DNA of 64,000 bases from Nitrosopumilaceae archaeon (lineage in GTDB: Archaea > Thermoproteota > Nitrososphaeria > Nitrososphaerales > Nitrosopumilaceae). The notes under the pieces are model-generated. The model did not search any database, was not told the origin of the DNA, and saw nothing but the letters and a program-made list of their open reading frames with translations. The stretch covers positions 96,001-160,000 of the forward strand of contig CBDATR010000009.1 in the NCBI GenBank assembly GCA_965200155.1, read 5' to 3'. Below, one piece after another: positions 55,826 through 64,000 of this stretch. The translations under genes and the position numbers were made by a program. The number at the start of each line of letters is the position of its first letter. Within the stretch, counting starts at the first letter, position 1.

Positions 55826-56614
55826 TTAGTGGTTTGCAAGAAAGTTATTCACTATGCCAGCAAACTGCTCCGGATGCTGAACATAAGGCGTATGACCGCA
55901 GCCCTCCATACCCTCGAACTGGCAATTGGGAATGGCCGCAGCAAACTTGTGGGCATAGGATATGGGTATTAAGGTATCTAGGTGACCCCATACCAGTAGC
56001 GTGGGTATGGTTATTTTTTTAAGAGCAGGCGTTATGTCCTTTGAATTTTTAAAGCACAGTAGTGATGACATAAAGGCCATCTTGGCGTTGGACCTGTTCA
56101 TGTTGGCCAGGAATGTTGATACCACCTTAGGATTGGCGTCTTTGCCGGTGCCGTCCATAAGGCGAAATGCGTGCGCCGCACTACCCTCCCTGGGATACAG
56201 TGCGGCCATTATGTATGCGTCAAGTGCCGGTGTGGAATGCCGCATCATTCCCGCAGGAGATATGAGTATCAGTCTCTGAACACCCTTGTGGGCGGAGGCG
56301 TACTGGGCCGCTATCTGGCCCCCCATGGAGGCGCCTACCACAACAGGTATCTCCAGGTTCAGCGCCTCAATGAACTTTTCCAGGAATGATACAAAGAACT
56401 CCGGTGTGTAGTCTATCATGGGCTTGTCACTCTTGCCATAGCCTGTTATATCAGGAATTATGGTCCTGTACTGCCTAGATAGTATGGTGGCGGTAGGCAC
56501 CCATTTGTCCGCGTATCCGCCAAGGCCGTGCAGCATGATCAGGGGCTGACCTGCGGTATCTGAGTGCAAATATCGGACTTTATTACCCATAATGGTAATC
56601 CAGCCCTCCTTCAT
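55826..56614 (-). CDS. Alpha/beta hydrolase
   Basis: HGLGG, GASMGG, WG..D and GH catalytic motifs. Confidence 0.9.
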   Translation of the reverse strand: MKEGWITIMGNKVRYLHSDTAGQPLIMLHGLGGYADKWVPTATILSRQYRTIIPDITGYGKSDKPMIDYTPEFFVSFLEKFIEALNLEIPVVVGASMGGQIAAQYASAHKGVQRLILISPAGMMRHSTPALDAYIMAALYPREGSAAHAFRLMDGTGKDANPKVVSTFLANMNRSNAKMAFMSSLLCFKNSKDITPALKKITIPTLLVWGHLDTLIPISYAHKFAAAIPNCQFEGMEGCGHTPYVQHPEQFAGIVNNFLANH

Positions 56615-56776
56615 GCATGTGCCATAATAATTGGAGAATTAAAATTTGACCCGATCATATCCGGAATCTGTCACTCCCTGCAATGACAAGGCACCAGAGT
56701 GGTAAAATAAACACCCAGAGTTGCGACAGTGCGTGAAGCCGCCAAGCCATATATCAAGCGGTAACCAATGTAAATA

Positions 56777-57085
56777 ATGGCAGATAGATGGAGTTTGGTC
56801 ATAATATCTGCCGGTATCGTGGTGGCGGCTAGCTTGTTTGTCATTATTCTCCTTAGTCCGCCCCAAGCGACAGAGTGGAACACTACCGGATTCCCGTACT
56901 GTCTGCGAGTGCTTCAGTGCGCCAACATACCGGAGTTTCAGGGCATACCATTTGATCAGCTTAACATAATAGCCAAAAACTATAATTCCTGCTTTGAGGA
57001 CTACAAACTAGAGCAGACCTGTAACGTGCAGGTATACCAAGATATTGAGAGATTCCATGAATTGGGCTACGTCACAGAGCGATAG
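56777..57085 (+). CDS. Hypothetical membrane-anchored protein
   Basis: N-terminal TM helix, four Cys. Confidence 0.6.
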   Translation: MADRWSLVIISAGIVVAASLFVIILLSPPQATEWNTTGFPYCLRVLQCANIPEFQGIPFDQLNIIAKNYNSCFEDYKLEQTCNVQVYQDIERFHELGYVTER

Positions 57086-57385
57086 TGTATCATACCCTTT
57101 GCGCGTGGTATAGCGTAACGATATCAGTACCTGTTTGTACAGGCGATGCTAATGCGCCATAATCAGTAACCGTTTAGGTCGCCCCTGGCAAAGAGAAATG
57201 TATTTCACCAGATTCTTCTTGGCGTAATAGACTAACTTGTCCCAAGTATTGACAGGAGCATATCAGTCGTGTTGAGTTCACGCTTTCTCCACGTCATCAT
57301 GCAGGTCAGGATGTTCTCGACTACCTGCATACCCTTGTTCGAACCCCAAGACATGCGTATCTTGTGATATATGACGAAGCGGCGC

Positions 57386-57486
57386 GTGTGAGTTCACCTG
57401 TGTCTAAATTTACGCATAACTGATGGAACAGGTTGTTCTAGTTAATGTGATTTGTGCACAAGATTCCGGAAGACGTGAACTCATAC
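57386..57486. mobile_element. MITE variant adjoining a remnant of a second IS66-like element (about 57165-57385)
   Basis: TIRs; the neighbouring minus strand reads FVIYHKIRMSWGSNKG..VENILTCMMTW. Confidence 0.8.
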
Positions 57487-57859
57487 TCCTGATTTGGTTT
57501 CTTTGAATGGTTATTCGTATTCTCCGGATATTATTATGATTGATAATAATGTAGTTGATGTTCCGACTATGTCTATGTTAGTTGCTAATTTGCATACTTG
57601 CTATAAGATGGATTTCTTTGTTGATCATGAGATTTGGAAGTTGCGTGAATCTAAAAAATTATTTTCTGTTTATGGTGGGTCTATTGTTCGCATATGATGA
57701 TTATCTTGTCGTATATTTCTTCCATCCATGTTTTGTATAGATCTGTATTATCTTTATTATACATAATAATATATGAATCTATCATATATATAAGTGTGAA
57801 AAATTATTTTTGGATCTATATTAGACCTTATGCGCATGATTGACAGTAACAGCCCATGT

Positions 57860-58835
57860 GTATGAGTTCACGTGTTTTGATCATATAATAAGATAGAATG
57901 CATCCCAGTTTTTTAATTATAATTGCATTCTGGCAGCAACCTCGTTCATTACAGAAAGGCCCTGAGCTCTCCATGTCTGAACACATATGGACATGCGGCG
58001 CATGGCCCTTTCACCACCCTTTATCTGTCCACTAATCTGTATGCCGTATTTGGCAAGATAACACCCTTGGCCAAATTCACCTTTCACCACCCTTTATCTG
58101 CCCACTAATCTGTATGAGTTCACCTGTGTCTAAATTTACGCATAACTGATCGCGACAGTTAATGTGATTTGTGCACAAGATTCCGGAAGACGTGAACTCA
58201 TACACTAATCTTGCGGAATACCACTGCGTATCAGAACCGGTTCCACTGCTCCGCTGGATTGTTGGTCGGCTCCACACTGTCATATTCTAGGAATACGAAC
58301 ATGCCTGGTATGGCCTTATTCAATCCTTTTACCTTCTTTTGTAGTTCAGTATCATCAACATCACAATACTGATGCATCTGCTCCTGTCTCAAACGAGTAT
58401 TGTAATTGCGCGGACGGCTAGCAGGGATTCACGTGCGCTCCGAAACAATTCTTTCAAGTCGTTGTCAAGTTTGATCCGGGCGTCCTGATCACCGGGATCG
58501 ATATAGAATCCTGCATGTAATGTATGAGTTCACCTGTGTCTAAATTTACGCATAACTGATCTCGACAGTTAATGTGATTTGTGCACAAGATTCCGGAAGA
58601 CGTGAACTCATACGTAATGTATGAGTTCACCTGTGTCTAAATTTACGCATAACTGATCTCGACAGTTAATGTGATTTGTGCACAAGATTCCGGAAGACGT
58701 GAACTCATACCTAAATTATGCAACGCATAAAATGCAAAATATGCAGGCAATATATTTTCATGACTGTATGAGTTCACCTATGTCTAAATTCATGCATGAT
58801 GATTTGAGCACGTAGTTGAAGACGTGAACTCATAC
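57860..58835. mobile_element. IS66 right-end fragment with MITEs 58112-58203 (TSD actaatct), tandem 58522-58613 and 58619-58710, and a short variant 58766-58835
   Basis: TIRs and similarity to 36430-36938. Confidence 0.87.
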
Positions 58836-58919
58836 TACATTTTTGCTATGCACGACCTAAACGGTTACTCGTGTAAAGCGGGTTTCGTTTATATATATGA
58901 CCATTACCATTCATAGGTA

Positions 58920-59468
58920 ATGAGTGGTATAAGTAACCCATACGAGGAAATGTACAAGAAATGGATAGAGCAGAATATGCAGACAATCAGTGAGATGCAA
59001 AAGAACTTTGAGCAGATGAGCGGGAATATGCAGAATGCAATAAAAATGCCCGCGGAGATGCAAAAGAACTTTGAGCAGACCAAGCAGATGTGGGAGAATA
59101 TGCAGAATGCAATAAAAATGCCCGCGGAGATGCAAAAGAACTTTGAGCAGGTTAACAAGTATATGCAAAACGCGTATACGCCTGATGGATGGTCCAAAAT
59201 GAACGAGCAGGTTAACGATATGAGTAAAATTCCACAAACATGGACAGCCTTCATTGATCAAATGTCAAAGATGTCCCCATGGCAACAACCGCGGGAGCAA
59301 CTTTTTGTACCGAACATGCTGATGAATTGGGCTGCGTTTAAGACGTCCATAGGGAGTAATGGTCGAATATCCATACCCGAGGCTGAGCGCAGTGCATTAA
59401 AGATTCGCGAAGGTGATCTGGTCCAGGTTATAGTACTACCAGTATCAAAGAGGGAGGTGAAAGAATGA
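58920..59468 (+). CDS. AbrB-domain protein with Met/Gln-rich helical repeats (PhaR-like)
   Basis: C-terminal SIGSNGRISIPEAERSALKIREGDLVQV (AbrB/SpoVT); lies next to phaEC. Confidence 0.75.
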   Translation: MSGISNPYEEMYKKWIEQNMQTISEMQKNFEQMSGNMQNAIKMPAEMQKNFEQTKQMWENMQNAIKMPAEMQKNFEQVNKYMQNAYTPDGWSKMNEQVNDMSKIPQTWTAFIDQMSKMSPWQQPREQLFVPNMLMNWAAFKTSIGSNGRISIPEAERSALKIREGDLVQVIVLPVSKREVKE

Positions 59469-59884
59469 ATAAGAATGAGCAAGCACAGCAAAAAGACGTA
59501 TTTGCAATTTACAAGGATATTATGGACAAGGCTATCAATAGCATAAATCAGTCAGTACCCCGTTATCATCAATCGATAACTAATACACAGCAAGAGGTAA
59601 TCAAGTCTCTGGAGAATAACATGACCCAGGCAATACAGATACAGCAAGAACTCGCCACAAAGAGTGGCATGTCTACTACCGTACCTGATGCTAGCATAAA
59701 GGCAATCAAGGAGGCTGCAGAAGGCTACCTAAAGATTAGCGCTATTTACAACCAGATGGCACTGTCTGCAATGGATGCTGCCCAACAGAGTATCAAGTCT
59801 GCCAGTGACAACTCAAAGTCGTTTAACGACATAGCACAGAGTACAATGCGTTCGTACATGTCCGCATTTGCAGTGACAAACTAG
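59465..59884 (+). CDS. Putative phasin (PHA granule protein)
   Basis: Ala/Gln/Ser-rich helical 139 aa, translationally coupled to the AbrB gene; the call rests on context. Confidence 0.55.
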   Translation: MNKNEQAQQKDVFAIYKDIMDKAINSINQSVPRYHQSITNTQQEVIKSLENNMTQAIQIQQELATKSGMSTTVPDASIKAIKEAAEGYLKISAIYNQMALSAMDAAQQSIKSASDNSKSFNDIAQSTMRSYMSAFAVTN

Positions 59885-60945
59885 TCCGAATTTTTGGATA
59901 ACCAACTGCCCAATTCGGGCAGAACTATTTTTTGAGATAATTTACTAGCTATCATGCCCACGTGACCGGTGGGATACAGGCGCAGTCTCTTTTCCTGGCT
60001 ACCCACTGCATAATGAAGGGGCATACTGCATTCCGGTGAAACCAGATGATCTCCCACAGCTACCTGCGTAAATATTGGCATGTCTATATTGTGCAGGTTC
60101 ACCACTTGATCCCCCACCATCATTTTACTCTGGACCAACAAATTTTTTTGATATATGTTTTTGATCCACTCCCTGAAAAGTTCACCGGGAATGGGCGGGG
60201 TGTCATTAAGCCACTTTTCCACTCGCAGGAAATTATCCACAAATTTTTCATTATCAATGTTCTTGAAAAAATTGATGTATTTTTCAATTCCCTGCTCGAA
60301 TGGTTTCAGTACGGAGAAACAATAGTACATAAATTCCGGCGGCATATTCCCCACAATATCCACAAGCTTGTCCACTTCCATGTGTTTGGAGAGATTACTT
60401 ACTACCGTGGTGTCCTTGTCGCCATCTATCACCGGTGCAGTAGCTACAAAGTTGCGCACTTTTTTGGGATACAATGCTGTGTATATTGCGGCTATTGTTC
60501 CGCCTGTGCAATAGCCTTGTAGTGTAACGTTATCTACGGATGCCGTGTCGCATACATGATCTATACACGAGTCCAGATACACGTTTACGTAATCATCAAA
60601 GTCCAGGTATCTATCCATGTTGCTCGGAGTACCCCAGTCTACCATGTAGACATCATAACCCTGAGATAACAGGTTGCGCACCCAGCTTTTGGTTGGGTGT
60701 ATGTCAAGAATGTGGTACCGGTTTATCAAGGCATAGGCTATCACGATGGGGATGCGGTGAGTGCTGGGTTGTGTACCGGCGTAATGGAGCAGACGGACCT
60801 TGTCTATGTTGTATACCTCATCGTATGGAGTGATCTCCAAGTTCATTTCGTCCGGCGCCTTTACCAAATCCGGGGCACGAAGTATGTTGGAGCTGAACCG
60901 GGCCAGCTCCTCCATCATGTGATCAGGTATGGTTGACTCCATCAT
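59881..60945 (-). CDS. phaC: Class III PHA synthase subunit PhaC
   Basis: YALINR..ILD, DWG, GYCTGG lipase box, D-H, TGHVG. Confidence 0.95.
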   Translation of the reverse strand: MMESTIPDHMMEELARFSSNILRAPDLVKAPDEMNLEITPYDEVYNIDKVRLLHYAGTQPSTHRIPIVIAYALINRYHILDIHPTKSWVRNLLSQGYDVYMVDWGTPSNMDRYLDFDDYVNVYLDSCIDHVCDTASVDNVTLQGYCTGGTIAAIYTALYPKKVRNFVATAPVIDGDKDTTVVSNLSKHMEVDKLVDIVGNMPPEFMYYCFSVLKPFEQGIEKYINFFKNIDNEKFVDNFLRVEKWLNDTPPIPGELFREWIKNIYQKNLLVQSKMMVGDQVVNLHNIDMPIFTQVAVGDHLVSPECSMPLHYAVGSQEKRLRLYPTGHVGMIASKLSQKIVLPELGSWLSKNSD

Positions 60946-61507
60946 TTGACCTCCGTCTCATTTTAGACTCCAGTATGGCAACCCGCTTGCGCAGTGAGTG
61001 TAATTCACCATACACCTCATCAAGCTCATGGCGATTAGGCAGGTTTGCTGTTTTTAGTACTATATCGGATATGTTATTCCAGTGCTTGGTAAGATCCAGT
61101 TCTTTTGAAACCATCTTTCCATAGTTCCGCCCAAAATCTTTTGAATCGAACAGATCAGTAAAGTCATTATCAAATATATCAATCCATATACGTTTGTAGG
61201 CCTCGAATCTCTCTGGATCTTTGGGTAGATCCGAGGTTCGCATATCCACCTTCTTTTGGGCCTCCTGCCATACCTCACTCATTTGCCTGTAATATTCAGC
61301 CAAGTATGTACCAAAATCAGTCATTGACTGATTCATCTCTATGAGTTCAGATGTGACCTTTTTGGTGTTGGCTGCCATGGCCCGCAGGGGCCCTATGGAA
61401 GACAGAGCCTGGGGCTTGCTGTTCATGAGGTATAATAAATCCGTCCAGAATACGGATACATGCTTGTAGTAGTCCCGTGCATTCTCTTCCATGCTTGCTA
61501 TATTCAC
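60923..61507 (-). CDS. phaE: PHA synthase subunit PhaE
   Basis: WIDIFD, NLPNRHELDEVY.ELH.LRKRV; directly upstream of phaC. Confidence 0.88.
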   Translation of the reverse strand: MNIASMEENARDYYKHVSVFWTDLLYLMNSKPQALSSIGPLRAMAANTKKVTSELIEMNQSMTDFGTYLAEYYRQMSEVWQEAQKKVDMRTSDLPKDPERFEAYKRIWIDIFDNDFTDLFDSKDFGRNYGKMVSKELDLTKHWNNISDIVLKTANLPNRHELDEVYGELHSLRKRVAILESKMRRRSNDGVNHT

Positions 61508-61675
61508 TAAAACGATATAAGCAGCTTGTAACTTTTGTGCAAGTTCATGTATGACTATGCATAATGGATTCCTGCAAGCAATCGTGCAATTGGCCTGTCA
61601 AGATCAAATCATGGATGTAAGGTAAGAGACCAGTACCACTTAACAGTTTTATCCAGCATGTAGCGTTATATTTTC

Positions 61676-61759
61676 GCAGAGGTCGCCTAGCCAGGTAGGG
61701 CGCGGGCCTTGAGAGCCTGTGTCAGCAATGACGCGGGGGTTCAAATCCCCCTCTCTGCG
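61676..61759 (+). tRNA. tRNA-Ser(UGA)
   Basis: GCAGAGG…TCTCTGC-G; anticodon arm CGGGC-CTTGAGA-GCCTG; long variable arm; GGTTCAAATCC. Confidence 0.93.
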
Positions 61760-61851
61760 TACATTGGAGGTGATTCAAATAGGTCGATCTCTCCGGAAGA
61801 TTGTGAAAGTTGATATGTTTTAATTAAATATTGACCGAGTGGTTAAATACC

Positions 61852-63620
61852 TCAATAGTACGAAAAGTAAGTCCGCTTAGGATCCGGCGTACAGTAGTTC
61901 AGATTGCACAAGCCACGAAAGGCTATGGTAAAGAGAATAACAGAGGAATCAAGACAGTACATCATAAGACAGCACAAAAGAGGCGTTGCCGCAACCAAAA
62001 TGTATGAGTTCACCTGTGTCTAAATTTACGCACAACTGATCGCGACAGTTAATGTGATTTGTGCACAAGATTCCGGAAGACGTGAACTCATACACCAAAA
62101 TAGCTCAAGATCTACACATCAGTTCAAGACACGTACGAAGATTGTGAACCAGAGGACGGGAACGACTCGAGTAAAGATGGGCAGGCCTATGATACCAATC
62201 ACCGCCACCCAGATACGAATGGTAACTGAAGCAATACAGCAAGGATCCCGCCGGAGTAGTACGTATTGCAGAGGCTTAGACATGATACATATCGCGCAGT
62301 ATATCACATAATGAAAAAGAACGGTACGACAGGATCATCACCTGCAAAGTCAGAGTGGGTACGCTATGAGCGTAAATATTCCAATACAATGTGGCACTGG
62401 CATGTCGTGAAAGATGAGCGCTTCAGGGGACTGAATCTCATAGATGATGCATCCAGGTGTATAGTCGGGGCGGCACTATTCGAGCATACAACCTCAGAGA
62501 ACGCCGTTCTATTACTGAGACTGGCAATGAAACGATTCGGCGCCCCTGCATCTCGGATAACGGCGCGTGTTTCGTAGGACAATAAAAGGGCAAGAAAAGT
62601 TGGAAACCAACACTATTCAAGGAAGAACTGCTGGATCAAGACATCATACTAATCAATTCCAGACCATACCACCCGCAGACAAATGGCAAACTGGAGCGCT
62701 TCCATGGAATGATTGAGGACGAGGGGACTCTTATTTAAGAGTCCAACGAGATAGTATGAGTTCACCTGTGTCTAAATTTACGCATAACTGATCGCGACAG
62801 TTAATGTGATTTGTGCATAAGATTCCGGAAGACGTGAACTCATACCTATATCTTAGTGAATGATCAAAACACGTGAACTCATACTTCTACCCGGCGCAAA
62901 GGTCATAATTCCATACAGGGGTAGGGAATCACTCACTAAAACTGAAAGGAATTACAACCAATATGTATCAAAAAGGCGCATATTAATCGAGCATGTAATT
63001 CGAATGCCAAAGGTATATCGTAGATTAAGTCAGGTATATGATGGTAGTCGTGAGGAATTCCGGGAAGATCTACTCGTAGTATCCGGGTTGCATAATTTAC
63101 ACATTATGCACAAGCATACCAGGTACAAGAAATTCTTGAAAAATATCTGTATGAGTTCACCTGTGTCTAAATTTACGCACAACTGATCGCGACAGTTAAT
63201 GTGATTTGTGCACAAGATTCCGGAAGACGTGAACTCATACAAATATCTGTCCATAATTTCCGTGTTATTATAATTCGAATATTACTTATCAGAAAATCCA
63301 CTAAATTAATGGGTTTTGTGGTAACCATTTGTATGAGTTCACGTCTTCCGGAATCTTATGCACAAATCACATTAACTGTCGCGATCAGTTATGCGTAAAT
63401 TTAGACACAGGTGAACTCATACACGAGATATGGCATTATGACAGTCTCCGGGATTATGTTGACTACTACAATGAGAGAAGGTCGCACTTCTCACTGGATA
63501 TAGATAACGGCGAAACGCCGCTTCAGGAATAAAAAGGCGACCTAGACAATTAGGGCAAATGATGCAAAATGGATGGAGCGGGATGCCAATGACTAGCGGA
63601 CCGACTTTTCATACATTACA
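61852..63620 (+). mobile_element. Decayed IS481 element containing MITE 62002-62093 (TSD accaaaat) and composite insertion 62754-63422 (TSD acgagata)
   Basis: IS481 TIRs at both ends; nested MITEs at 62754, 63149 (TSD aaatatct) and 63331, plus an ISL2 fragment. Confidence 0.87.
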
Positions 63621-64000
63621 GATGATACTGAACTACAAAAGAAGGTAAAAGGATTGAATAAGGCCATACCAGGCATGTTCGTATTCCTAGAATATGACAG
63701 TGTGGAGCCGACCAACAATCCAGCGGAGCAGTGGAACCGGTTCTGATACGCGGTGGTATTCCGTAAGATTAGTGGCCAGATAAAGGGTGGTGAAAGGGCC
63801 ATGCGCCGCATGTCCATATGTGTTCAGACATGAAGGGCTCAGGGCCTTTCTGTTATGAACGAGGTTGCTGCCAGAATGCAGTTATAATTAAAAAAACTGG
63901 GATGCATTCTATCTTATTATGTGATCAAAACACGTGAACTCATACGAATTATGTATGAGTTCACCTGTGTCTAAATTTACGCATAACTGATAGAACCGGT
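63621..64000 (+). mobile_element. IS66 right-end fragment (to 63945) and a partial MITE (63953 to window end)
   Basis: TIR …gatcaaaacacgtgaactcatac, then a new gtatgagttcac. Confidence 0.85.

Noticed and set aside
57494-57697. AT-rich ORF next to a MITE
   Set aside because: No recognisable motif; it may be a truncated gene tail but cannot be supported.
58522-58835. Tandem MITE copies as a CRISPR array
   Set aside because: The units are 92 bp with TIRs, have no unique spacers of regular length, and are dispersed elsewhere with TSDs.
14105-63532. Many short ORFs containing MHKIPEDVNSY or YEFTSSGILCTNHINCRDQLCVNLDTGELI
   Set aside because: These are read-through translations of the MITE, not a protein family.
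61676-64000. tRNA-Ser as the attachment site of an integrated element
   Set aside because: No integrase or duplicated tRNA 3' end in the window; only IS debris follows.

Overview
Archaeal DNA, most likely Nitrososphaerota/Nitrosopumilaceae (aIF6, gatCAB with non-discriminating aspS, AOA-type ferredoxin, phaE/phaC). The heavy transposon load and an FN3 surface protein would fit a host-associated lineage, which is inference. Bases 1-28 kb are a defence/accessory island: type I-G cas7/csb2 (the operon runs off the left edge), a DUF499 ATPase + DUF1156 methylase + SNF2/DUF3883 system whose ATPase is frameshifted at a G12 tract, and a 1458-aa Type ISP-like protein with an intact helicase but degenerate nuclease and methylase motifs, next to a decayed paralogue. 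The rest is core genes (bioB/F, gatCAB-aspS, thrC, pyrG, hisS, two tRNAs, a phaR-phaP/phaE-phaC-like cluster) interrupted by nests of decayed IS481, IS5/ISL2 and IS66 elements and about 24 copies of a 92-bp IS66-derived MITE with 8-bp TSDs. The most notable observations are three MITE-bounded composite units with matching 8-bp TSDs, a GAACCGGTTC-type palindrome that repeatedly replaces short segments inside mobile elements, and two poly-G candidate phase-variation switches.
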